Origin: Gemmatimonadota bacterium
GTDB lineage: Bacteria > Gemmatimonadota > Gemmatimonadetes > Gemmatimonadales > GWC2-71-9
Assembly (NCBI GenBank): GCA_031382385.1
Contig: JANMYS010000026.1
Span: forward strand, 3,954-67,953
Direction of reading: 5' to 3'
DNA: 64,000 nt
The notes under the pieces are model-generated. The model was not told where the DNA came from. It made no database searches and saw only the letters and a program-made list of their open reading frames with translations. Below are positions 18,222 through 26,539 of this stretch, in pieces. Within the stretch, counting starts at the first letter, position 1. Every line of letters begins with the position of its first letter. The translations under genes and the position numbers were made by a program.

Positions 18222-18617
18222 CTAGAAATCTCCCAGATCTTCCAGATCCTCGACCGCGTCAACCTCCGCCACCGGATAAAGCGCGATCGAGATGTACCCG
18301 TTCGGGTAGTCCCGGGCCCAGGCCCGAAACGAGAGCTGCTGCTGCAGCGCTGCCTCCATCTCCTCCCGCTCGCGAACCGAGAGCGGCGAGTGATCTACCC
18401 GCTTGTGACGGTAGATCTCCTGGATGCTGGCCGACAGCAGGGTGATCAGCAGGTCGCGGTTGATGCAGAGTTCCACCGGCATCAGCATGTTGATGCCACG
18501 CGGCAACGGATGCACCTCCCGCTGCGCGCTGGGCTCCCGCTCCGCCGGCTGCCCGGTTTCCGGCTCGAGCTCGGCGGGATTCCAGTCCTTCAGGAGATGG
18601 CGGATCCGGTTGGTCAT
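18222..18617 (-). CDS. Hypothetical protein with an acidic C-terminal tail
   Basis: Track ORF 18222..18770, trimmed to the ATG at 18617 (MTNRIRHLLKDW) because the longer form overlaps the divergent yajQ start. It ends ...VDAVEDLEDLGDF. No domain recognised. Confidence 0.45.
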   Translation of the reverse strand: MTNRIRHLLKDWNPAELEPETGQPAEREPSAQREVHPLPRGINMLMPVELCINRDLLITLLSASIQEIYRHKRVDHSPLSVREREEMEAALQQQLSFRAWARDYPNGYISIALYPVAEVDAVEDLEDLGDF

Positions 18618-18738
18618 CGTGCGTCCTTGCAGGGGTCTGCCTCTGTCATCGGCCATCCCCGTGAAAACTTGAGGCCCACCGTTTACATTCAAACCGCAAG
18701 TCCCAGAAGCACTTAGACCACCCCATCCGATTGCTCCC

Positions 18739-19242
18739 ATGGCCAGCAACCCCACATTCGACATCTCCACCGGCGCCGACCTCCAGGAGGTGGATAACGC
18801 CGTGAATCAGACGCTCAAGGAGATCGGGCAGCGGTACGACTTCAAGGGAACCACCTGCACGGTCGAGTTCGATCGGGAGAAGGCGGAAATCCGCCTCGCC
18901 GCGGATAGTGATTTCCGCATGGACCAGCTGGTGGATGTGCTCCGCATCAAGATGATCAAGCGGGGCGTACCGGTGAAGAATCTCGATTTTGGAGAACCGG
19001 AGGAGGCCACGATGGGCTCGGTCCGGCGCACGGTGAAGCTCACGCAGGGGATCGAGACCGAAGCCGCCAAGAAGATCGTCAAGGCGGTGCGGGATCAGGG
19101 ATTCAAGAAAGTGCAGGCGACCATCCAGGGCGACGAAGTCCGGGTGACCGCCCCGTCACGGGATGAGCTGCAGGCGGTCATCGCCTTCCTGCGGACGCAG
19201 GACTTCGAGATTGAACTCAAGTTCGGGAACTATCGCGGGTGA
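18739..19242 (+). CDS. yajQ: YajQ family (UPF0234) nucleotide / cyclic-di-GMP-binding protein
   Basis: 167 aa. MASNPTFDISTGADLQEVDNAVNQTLKEIGQRYDFKGT...QATIQGDEVRV matches YajQ along its whole length. Confidence 0.85.
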   Translation: MASNPTFDISTGADLQEVDNAVNQTLKEIGQRYDFKGTTCTVEFDREKAEIRLAADSDFRMDQLVDVLRIKMIKRGVPVKNLDFGEPEEATMGSVRRTVKLTQGIETEAAKKIVKAVRDQGFKKVQATIQGDEVRVTAPSRDELQAVIAFLRTQDFEIELKFGNYRG

Positions 19243-20507
19243 GACGAAACGCCGGCGGAAGGGGCCGCGTTCGACGGTACGCTGCGGCAGGCTTGCTGCT
19301 GCTGGCGACCTGCGCACCGCCGATGGGCGATCTGCAGTCGCCCCCCGCGCCCTCCGCAGCCGCGCCCGAGATCCGGATCGGCCTCCTGGTCGGGTCCTCC
19401 ACCGTGGAGGTCACTGGCGATAGCGGCGCCGTGGTGCAGGACGCTGATGGGAACAGTGTGGGGGCTATCGAGCCGGGCTCGCCCTGGCGGGTCCGATCCG
19501 CCGCAGGTCTGGTCGACGCCGGTGCCGCTGGCGGGTGGCAGGTGACGGGACAACAGCAGCTGACCTTCCAGCCGCGGGTCGCCGGCGGCTGGCTCCGGGT
19601 GGGCGGACGCCCGTATCGGGGGCGCCTCACGGTTGCCCGGGACCGCACCGGACTCACGGTGGTCAATGTGGTGAGTCTGGAAGACTATCTCGCCGGTGTC
19701 GTCGCGGCGGAGATGGGGCGGCGGGATTCAACCGAAGGCCAGGCTCTCGCCGCCCAGGCGATCGTCTCCCGCACCTTCGCGCTGCGGAATCTGGGGAAGC
19801 GCGCCACGGAAGGCTTCGATCTGTACGCCAGCGTGGCCGACATGGTGTACGCCGGTGCCAGTGCGGAGTATGCGGCGGCCACTGCCGCCGTGGCCGCGAC
19901 CTCCGGCCAGATCCTCACCTGGCAGGGGGTGCCGATCGATGCCTTCTTCTTCTCGACCTGTGCCGGTCAGACCGCGACTGGCACCGATGTCTTCGCCGCG
20001 GCGGACCGGCCCTACCTGCAGTCCATCCGGGATGTGGACTCCGAGGGGCAGGCGTACTGCCGGATCTCGCCCCGCTTTCGCTGGCGGGAGGAGTGGACCA
20101 TCGAGCAACTGCGTGGCGTGCTGAAGTCCACCCTCCCGTCTGCGTCCGCCGTCACGGCGGAAGCCGCGGCGGGCGTCCGCGGCGTCAGCATCAGCCGCCG
20201 AACCGCGTCGGATCGGGTGTCACGGGTGACGATCCAGCTGCGGAGCGGCGATGTCGTCGTCGAGGGGCCCGCGATCCGGCGGGTGCTGCGCCCGGTGGCA
20301 GATGCGGTGCTGCGGAGCGCCATCTTCCAGCTCAGCGAGACGCGGGAAGGCGGCCAGCTCCGGCGGCTGGTGGCCGACGGCGCCGGTGCGGGACATGGGG
20401 TCGGGTTCTGCCAGTGGGGGGCGGTGGGACGGGCGCGGGCAGGGCAGGATGCGCCGACGATACTCGCCGCCTACTTTCCGGGCACATCATTGAGCCGCGC
20501 GTACTGA
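19239..20507 (+). CDS. SpoIID/LytB domain-containing lipoprotein (lytic transglycosylase / amidase-enhancer family)
   Basis: The GTG start overlaps the yajQ stop (GTGA). Lipobox LLLLATC. Motifs: SLEDYLAGVVAAEMG, ALAAQAIVSRTFAL, FFSTCAGQTA, GHGVGFCQWGA. Confidence 0.8.
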   Translation: MRRNAGGRGRVRRYAAAGLLLLATCAPPMGDLQSPPAPSAAAPEIRIGLLVGSSTVEVTGDSGAVVQDADGNSVGAIEPGSPWRVRSAAGLVDAGAAGGWQVTGQQQLTFQPRVAGGWLRVGGRPYRGRLTVARDRTGLTVVNVVSLEDYLAGVVAAEMGRRDSTEGQALAAQAIVSRTFALRNLGKRATEGFDLYASVADMVYAGASAEYAAATAAVAATSGQILTWQGVPIDAFFFSTCAGQTATGTDVFAAADRPYLQSIRDVDSEGQAYCRISPRFRWREEWTIEQLRGVLKSTLPSASAVTAEAAAGVRGVSISRRTASDRVSRVTIQLRSGDVVVEGPAIRRVLRPVADAVLRSAIFQLSETREGGQLRRLVADGAGAGHGVGFCQWGAVGRARAGQDAPTILAAYFPGTSLSRAY

Positions 20508-20528
20508 ACCCACTGAGCGGGGAATCGC

Positions 20529-21542
20529 ATGTCCGACACACTCAAACTGGGCATCATCGGCGCCGGGGCAATCGCCCAGGTGGCCCACCTCCCCGTCCTC
20601 CGGAAGCTCAAGGGCGTGGATGTCGTCGCCATCTGCGACACCGACGTCGCCAAGGCCCGCGCACTCGGCACCCGTTTCGGGATCCGCGATGCCTTCAACG
20701 ATATCGAGGAGCTGCTGGAGTACGAGCAACTCGATGCCGTCGCGATCTGTACGCCGAACCACCTGCATGAGCCGCACGTGCTCGCCGCGCTGACTGCCGG
20801 TGTGCATGTGCTGGTCGAGCGGCCGCTCGCCTTCACCGCCCAGGGGGCACAGCGGATTCTCAAGCAGGCCGAGAAGCGGGGCAAACACCTGATGATCGGC
20901 ATGAATCACCGGTATCGCGCCGATGTGCAGATCGTGCGCAGCTTCATCCAGAGTGGCGAGCTGGGCCGCCTGGAGAGCGTCCGCGGCAGCTGGCACGTCT
21001 TCCGTCCCAGTCGCGCCCAGCTCGGCTGGCGCCAGCGGCGCGACGAGTCGGGCGGTGGCGCGATGCTCGACCTCGGAGAGACGATCCTGGATCTTGGCTT
21101 CTGGCTGGCCGGCAATCCGAAGCCGCTCCGGGTCAGCGCCAGCCTCCATGGCGGCGATGGCACGAAGGGCGGGGTGGAGCAGTCCGGCAGCGCCTTCGTG
21201 GTGTGCGAAGGGGGATTCTCGATCTTCCTCGATGTGACGTGGCATCACGTCGGTGAGGGCGAACGCTTCGGACTCGGGGTGAAGGCCAGCAAGGGAAGCG
21301 CCGGCATCAACCCGCTGCACGCCTGGAAGGAGCTGCACGGCGTACCGACCGACGTGGCGCCGACCGGATCGATCAGCCGGGAGAATGCCTTCACCGCCTC
21401 GTACCGCGCGGAGTGGGCCCACTTCCTGGGTGTCCTGCGGGGAGAGGCGAAACCGTTCGACAACCAGGAGCAGCTGACGCTGCACCGCGTGCTGGACGGG
21501 ATCTACAAGTCCTCGGCCGAGGGACGGGACGTCGAACTGTGA
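20529..21542 (+). CDS. Gfo/Idh/MocA family oxidoreductase
   Basis: 337 aa. Rossmann N-terminus LKLGIIGAGAIAQVAH, then AICTPNHLHEPH and LVERPLA. Confidence 0.85.
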   Translation: MSDTLKLGIIGAGAIAQVAHLPVLRKLKGVDVVAICDTDVAKARALGTRFGIRDAFNDIEELLEYEQLDAVAICTPNHLHEPHVLAALTAGVHVLVERPLAFTAQGAQRILKQAEKRGKHLMIGMNHRYRADVQIVRSFIQSGELGRLESVRGSWHVFRPSRAQLGWRQRRDESGGGAMLDLGETILDLGFWLAGNPKPLRVSASLHGGDGTKGGVEQSGSAFVVCEGGFSIFLDVTWHHVGEGERFGLGVKASKGSAGINPLHAWKELHGVPTDVAPTGSISRENAFTASYRAEWAHFLGVLRGEAKPFDNQEQLTLHRVLDGIYKSSAEGRDVEL

Positions 21543-21557
21543 GGGGGGCTGGGAGAC

Positions 21558-21652
21558 TGGGCGATTGGGCGATTGGGCGGGTAGGTCGGGCCTCCGTGCC
21601 CGACCGTCGATTAGGCGATTGGGCGATTGGGCGATTGGGCGGTTGGCTGATT
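21558..21652. repeat. Two blocks of the 8-bp microrepeat GGGCGATT (reverse complement of the 5680 unit) flanking an 8-bp-stem hairpin
   Basis: Block 1 is ctgggcgattgggcgattgggcgggtagg. The hairpin is ggtcgggc-ctccgt-gcccgacc (21584-21605). Block 2 is ttaggcgattgggcgattgggcgattgggcggttggctgattg. Block 2 overlaps the candidate start codons of the next gene. Confidence 0.9.
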
Positions 21653-22909
21653 GTCGCGCTGCTCTGCAGTGCCACTCCACTTTCCGCCAGTCAGGCGAGC
21701 GCCCGTCCGCCCGTCCGCCCGTCCGCCCCGCGCGTGGCCGAGCCCGGCTCCAATCTGCGCATCTCCATCCGCACCATGGGCCCCGGCGCCGACGTCTGGG
21801 AGCGCTTCGGGCACAACGCCATCGTGGTGGAAGACCAGGCCGGTGGCCGCCGGACGGCCTACAATTACGGGATGTTCAGTTTCCGGCAGGAGAACTTCAT
21901 CCTCCGCTTCATCCAGGGCCGGATGCACTACTGGATGGCCGGCTTTCCCGCTGAGGAGGATCTCGCCCGCTACGTCGCCGCTGGCCGCTGGGTACGGGAG
22001 CAGGAGCTGAACCTCACGCCGACGCAGCGCGCGGCGGTCCGCGACTACCTCGAGTGGAATGCCCTGCCGGAAAACCGCTTTTACCGCTACGACTATTTCC
22101 GGGACAACTGCTCCACCCGGGTCCGTGATGCCATCGACCAGGTGCTCGGCGGCGCGCTGCATGCCCAGAACCTGGACCCCGCCAGCGGGACCTTCCGCTT
22201 TCATACCCAGCGCCTCGTCGATAACAGCGTGCCGCTCTACACCGGGTTGCTGCTCGCCCTTGGGGCCGGTGTCGACCGGCCGCAGACCCGGTGGGATGAG
22301 ATGTTCCTGCCGTTCAAGCTCCATCAGTACCTGAGCACCGCGACGATCCGCGACGCCTCTGGTGCGGACATTCCGCTGGTCCTCCGCGAGCAGACGCTGT
22401 TTGAGAGTGATCGCTACCCCGTGCCCGAGGTTCCGCCCGACTGGTGGCCGGGCTACCTCGCGATGGGACTCCTGGTGGGGGGATTGCTCTGGTGGGGCGG
22501 GGTGGCGGGGAGAGCACGTGTTACGGCCAGGCGCACCATGCTGCTGCTCGGCACGTTCTGGGCGCTGTTGACCGGTGTCGCGGGGGCCATTCTCGCCGGA
22601 CTGTGGGCGTTGACCGACCATGTCGCCGCGGCAAACAATGAGAACGTGCTGCAGTGCTCGCTGCTTGCCCTGGCGCTGGCGTTCGTGTTGCCACCCGCGC
22701 TCCGCGACCGGAGCGGTCCACTGCGCGCGGCGCGGATGCTGGCGATGCTGGTCGGTGGGCTGTCGTTGCTGGGAGTGGTGCTGAAGGTGCTGCCGATGTT
22801 CCATCAGGTGAACGGGCAGGTGCTGGCCCTCACAGTTCCGGCCAACCTGGGGCTGGCACTCGGTGTCCTCGCCTGGGCGCGTGGCACTGGTGAATCTACA
22901 TTCGGCTGA
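21635..22909 (+). CDS. DUF4105 (Lnb N-terminal periplasmic domain) protein with a C-terminal multi-TM region
   Basis: Track ORF 21413..22909 overlaps the previous gene and reads through the repeats. I start it at TTG 21635 (M)GGWLIVALLCSATPLSASQA, a signal peptide. GTG 21596 is an alternative start. Motifs: GHNAIVVED, YNYGMFSF, YRYDYFRDNCSTRVRD. Confidence 0.65.
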   Translation: MGGWLIVALLCSATPLSASQASARPPVRPSAPRVAEPGSNLRISIRTMGPGADVWERFGHNAIVVEDQAGGRRTAYNYGMFSFRQENFILRFIQGRMHYWMAGFPAEEDLARYVAAGRWVREQELNLTPTQRAAVRDYLEWNALPENRFYRYDYFRDNCSTRVRDAIDQVLGGALHAQNLDPASGTFRFHTQRLVDNSVPLYTGLLLALGAGVDRPQTRWDEMFLPFKLHQYLSTATIRDASGADIPLVLREQTLFESDRYPVPEVPPDWWPGYLAMGLLVGGLLWWGGVAGRARVTARRTMLLLGTFWALLTGVAGAILAGLWALTDHVAAANNENVLQCSLLALALAFVLPPALRDRSGPLRAARMLAMLVGGLSLLGVVLKVLPMFHQVNGQVLALTVPANLGLALGVLAWARGTGESTFG

Positions 22910-22924
22910 CGGCTGACAGCTGAC
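22904..22924. repeat. Tandem 7-bp microrepeat (GGCTGAC x3: ggctgac ggctgac agctgac)
   Basis: Read directly. It spans the stop codon of the DUF4105 gene (TGA 22907-22909) and ends 5 nt before the convergent HD-GYP gene stop. Confidence 0.85.
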
Positions 22925-22929
22925 GGCCC

Positions 22930-24900
22930 CTACGGCCGATTCACCGCCAGGCTATCCCTCCGCCGTTCCGGCCGTTCCTCCCAGATCTTCGCCTCAACAA
23001 AGACCTTGAACAGCTCAGCGTCGAGCTGGCCCTGTTTCACCTCGTCGCCGAGAATGTCCAGGGCGCGAGTGGCCGGGAGGGCCCGCTTGTACGGCCGGTC
23101 CTGGGCTGTCAGCGCGTCATAGATGTCGGCGATCGTCATCATCCGGGTCTGCAGTGGAATGGCGTCGCCACCGACCTTTCTGGGGTAGCCCGCACCATTC
23201 AGCTTCTCGTGGTGGCCGCGAGCGATATGCGGCACCTGCGCCAGCCCCGCCGTCCACGGAATCTTCCGCAGGAACTCGTAGGTGTGGGAGACATGGCTCT
23301 CGATTTCCAGCCGCTCCCGCTCATCCAGGCTGCCCTTCCGGATGCTCAGCAGCCGTACCTCAGGGGCAGTGAGGAACGGCTGCTCGACCCCATCGGGATC
23401 GGTGTAGTGGCGAGCGGCAAATTCGCCGAGCAGCGCGAAGTCCCCTTCCGCCAGCACCGTCGGTTCATTGGCGGCCAGCACGACCTTGAGGAAGCGGTCG
23501 GCGGTCTCCAGCGACTCGCGGTGCGCCGCGTCCAGCGTCGCGAGGAACTCGTCGTAGCCCGCTCGCCCGTGAGTGGCCAGAAAGTCGGCCCGGGCCTTCT
23601 CGAATTCCCACTCCGTGCTGCGCCGGATGAACGCATGCCGCTGACGGACGATCACGAGGTCGCCCTCGTAGAGCTTCTTGGCCTTGACCAGCACCTGCTC
23701 CCGGACGCCCACCTTGCCAAAGTCATGCAGCAGTCCGGCGTAACGCAGCTCGCGCAGGTGTTCCCTGGTGAAGCTGATGTCCCGGAACGGGCCGTCCTGC
23801 AGCGCGTCGATCGCTTCCGCCAGCCCGACGGTGCGGGTCGCGACCCGTTCGGAGTGGCCTGAGGTGGTAGGATCGCGCTGCTCGATCGCATGAACCGAGG
23901 CCCGCACGAAGCCCTCGAACAGCCGCTCGATCGACTCATAGAGCTGGCTGTTCTCCACCGAGACCGCGGCCTGACCGGCCAGGGCCTTTACGATCTTCAC
24001 CGTGTGCGGACTGTAGGCGACGATCTGGCGAGTCGCCTCCTCCGGTGTGGTGAGCCGCGCTGCCGTATCCCGCTTGCGGTTGAGCAGTTGCAGGATCCCG
24101 ATCACGTCGCCGTGGTGGTTCTGCATCGGGATGACGAGCATCGACTTGGTGCGGTAGCCATAGCGCTCGTCGAACGACCGGTTGAACGAGTACTCGACAT
24201 CCGGCGGAAGCATGTACACATCCTCGATCACCAGCGCCTCACCCTCGGTGGCGGCGTAACCGGCCAGCGAAGCGTGATCGATCGGGATGGTGAATTCCAC
24301 CAGCGGGATATCCGGCCGACTGTCGTTCTGACTCAGTTTGAATCGCAGTCGCCGGGTGCCGAACTCGTCGGTCTCGGCGATGTACAGGCTGCCCGCGTCC
24401 GATTGCGTGACTCGGCGGGCCTGGCTCAGGATCAGCTCGAGGAGGCTGTCGAGGTTCTTTTCGGTCGTCAGCCGCACACCGATATCGGCCAGCTCGGTGA
24501 GGTCGTTCAGCCGGGCCGCGCTTTCGGCGCGTGCCTTTGTCTGTTCTCGATGGGAGGCGGAGACCCTGAATGCTGCCCGGAGCGCGACCAGCAGCTGGCG
24601 CGGGCCCACCGGGGCTTTCAGGAACCCGCTCAGGAGTTCGGCGGGGAGATCGGCGGGAATGTCGGCTTCGGCGGCATCGCCCAGGGCCAGCAGGGCGACG
24701 CCACCGTCGCGCAGCCCGGTGAGTAGCTGGGTGGTGACCTGTTGCCGGGCCGGCAGGTCGAGGAGGTAGGCGACCGGTCGGTCATCGGCACGGATTTCGG
24801 ACGGTGATGCCACGGCGCGCAGCTCCACCTGCTCGGCGGCGAGGGGAGCGGCCAGTTCCCCCGGCGACCAGGAGGGGGGGTGGAAGAGGAGGAACTTCAC
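22930..24900 (-). CDS. HD-GYP domain cyclic-di-GMP phosphodiesterase with a GAF domain and an N-terminal receiver-like region
   Basis: 656 aa. The GAF-like core is SDAGSLYIAE...MLVIPMQNHHGDVIGILQLLN. HD-GYP motifs: SGHSERV, LLHDFGKV, GHHEKLNGAGYP. The start overlaps the mlaD stop by 4 nt. Confidence 0.85.
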   Translation of the reverse strand: MKFLLFHPPSWSPGELAAPLAAEQVELRAVASPSEIRADDRPVAYLLDLPARQQVTTQLLTGLRDGGVALLALGDAAEADIPADLPAELLSGFLKAPVGPRQLLVALRAAFRVSASHREQTKARAESAARLNDLTELADIGVRLTTEKNLDSLLELILSQARRVTQSDAGSLYIAETDEFGTRRLRFKLSQNDSRPDIPLVEFTIPIDHASLAGYAATEGEALVIEDVYMLPPDVEYSFNRSFDERYGYRTKSMLVIPMQNHHGDVIGILQLLNRKRDTAARLTTPEEATRQIVAYSPHTVKIVKALAGQAAVSVENSQLYESIERLFEGFVRASVHAIEQRDPTTSGHSERVATRTVGLAEAIDALQDGPFRDISFTREHLRELRYAGLLHDFGKVGVREQVLVKAKKLYEGDLVIVRQRHAFIRRSTEWEFEKARADFLATHGRAGYDEFLATLDAAHRESLETADRFLKVVLAANEPTVLAEGDFALLGEFAARHYTDPDGVEQPFLTAPEVRLLSIRKGSLDERERLEIESHVSHTYEFLRKIPWTAGLAQVPHIARGHHEKLNGAGYPRKVGGDAIPLQTRMMTIADIYDALTAQDRPYKRALPATRALDILGDEVKQGQLDAELFKVFVEAKIWEERPERRRDSLAVNRP

Positions 24901-25832
24901 GGCTGCGACACCGGCAGGAGTGAATCCTGGGCGAGCGGGCGCACCCCGGTCACGAGCTTGTGCGGTCGGCGCGTGATCTCGTCGATGAAGTGATCGAGCT
25001 TCCGGCTCATGACATACATGTTGTTGAGCGTGCGCTTGATGTCCGGGCTCACATCCGTCGACAGCGCGGTCATGTGCGTCGTGAGCGAATCGACATCCTG
25101 CATCAGCCGGCGCGCTTCGGTCAGCGTTCCCAGCAGGGAATCCTGAAGCGTGCCCAGCCGCGCATCCGTGCTGCTGAGCATGCGTTGTGCCTGGGCAATC
25201 GTCGGCTGCATCTGGTCCAGTGTCTGTTGCGCGCTGGCGAGGGTCGCTCGAAGCGCGGGCGCGGTCGCCGTCATCTCCGACTGCGCGGTCGTCGCCGTCC
25301 GGTCGAGCGTCGAGAGCAGCTGGCGGGTGTCGCGCAGGATGCCGGAGACCTGGGTCCGCAGCGTGTCGGCCACTTCCTTCAGCACATCGGTCCAGCCCTG
25401 GGTCAGCGCTCCACGGATCGTGTCGCCCTCCACCAGCACCGCCTGGATGTCATTCTTGGGGACCACGAGCGCGATCGACGCACTGCCGATCAGGCCGGTC
25501 GACACGATCTCCCCCGCCGTGCCGAGCCGGAGCCGGATGGGAACGCCGTTGGCGAAGCGCTCACGGAGCCGCAACGCGACCAGGAATTCGGGCGGGCCCA
25601 TGGCAAGGCTGTCTCCCATCGGCGAGATCGCCGAAACCTCGCCGATGTTGAGGCCCTGCAGGAAGACCGGCGTGTCCTGCTTCAGGTCCTGGACCGAGGG
25701 GCTGCGCATGTAGATGGTGACCCGCCGTTCGGTCCAGCCGCGCGTCAGCACGATCGCCGTGAGGGCGACGGCAACGGCGCCGAGGACGAGGAGACCGATG
25801 AGGGCATCGGCGGAACGGGTGCGGAGAGTCAT
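24897..25832 (-). CDS. mlaD: MlaD/MCE-family substrate-binding protein with a long C-terminal coiled-coil region
   Basis: 311 aa with an N-terminal TM helix (ALIGLLVLGAVAVALTAIVL). The MCE domain reads VTIYMRSPSVQDLKQDTPVFLQGLNIGEVSAI. Confidence 0.8.
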   Translation of the reverse strand: MTLRTRSADALIGLLVLGAVAVALTAIVLTRGWTERRVTIYMRSPSVQDLKQDTPVFLQGLNIGEVSAISPMGDSLAMGPPEFLVALRLRERFANGVPIRLRLGTAGEIVSTGLIGSASIALVVPKNDIQAVLVEGDTIRGALTQGWTDVLKEVADTLRTQVSGILRDTRQLLSTLDRTATTAQSEMTATAPALRATLASAQQTLDQMQPTIAQAQRMLSSTDARLGTLQDSLLGTLTEARRLMQDVDSLTTHMTALSTDVSPDIKRTLNNMYVMSRKLDHFIDEITRRPHKLVTGVRPLAQDSLLPVSQP

Positions 25833-26539
25833 CGGATCGTTTCCATCTGCCCGCGAGCCAGCCGGATCTGCCGGTCCACCCGGCGCCGGAGCACGGCGGG
25901 CAGATCCGTGCCCGTGAGGAAAACCGTGCGCCGGGCGCCTTCGGCCGTCTCGCCGCCGCGGGCCGCCTCCAGCAGTTCGCCGGCAGCGCGCTCGGTGATG
26001 CCATCGAAGGGGTCTTCGAGGATGACGAGCTCGGGATCGAACGCCAGCGCGCGCCCGAGGGCGGTGCGACGGCGGTCTTCGGCTGTCGCCTGAGCCGGCC
26101 GGAGATCGCCCACGCGGGACAGTCGCAATTGGGCCAGGATCACGTCAACCCGTCCTTCGATGTCCTTGGGTCTGTAGTCGCTGCCGAAGCGGAGCGGGAG
26201 TCGGATGTTCTCGCGCAGCGTAAGATTCTGCATCAGCCCCTCGCCGGCGGGAAGGTATCCGAGCTTCCGGCGGAAGGCGAGCCGGGCCCGTCGCTCGAGG
26301 TGGGCCACTTCCGTCCCCAGGGTGAAGACGTGTCCGGACGGTGCGGTCTCGAGGCCCAGCGCGAGCCCGCCCAGCAGGTCCACGCCACTCTGCTCATCGC
26401 CCATGACCGCCACGGTTTCCCGGGCGGCGACCGTCAGGGTCAGCGTCGTGGCGAGGTCGATTCCTGACGGGGGTCCAGCCAGGGTGGAACGCTGGACCCG
26501 GCCGAGCGGAATGCCGTCGAATACCAGGGGCGCGGTCAT
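25829..26539 (-). CDS. ABC ATPase-like protein at the MlaF position, with degenerate catalytic motifs (probable pseudo-ATPase)
   Basis: 236 aa, collinear with ABC NBDs. Walker A reads GDEQSGVD (expected GxxxxGK[ST]). The Q-loop region reads LGYLPA. The signature reads ATAED (expected LSGGQ). Walker B reads LVILEDP (expected hhhhDEP). The H-loop reads FLTGTD, with no His. Confidence 0.7.
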   Translation of the reverse strand: MTAPLVFDGIPLGRVQRSTLAGPPSGIDLATTLTLTVAARETVAVMGDEQSGVDLLGGLALGLETAPSGHVFTLGTEVAHLERRARLAFRRKLGYLPAGEGLMQNLTLRENIRLPLRFGSDYRPKDIEGRVDVILAQLRLSRVGDLRPAQATAEDRRRTALGRALAFDPELVILEDPFDGITERAAGELLEAARGGETAEGARRTVFLTGTDLPAVLRRRVDRQIRLARGQMETIR

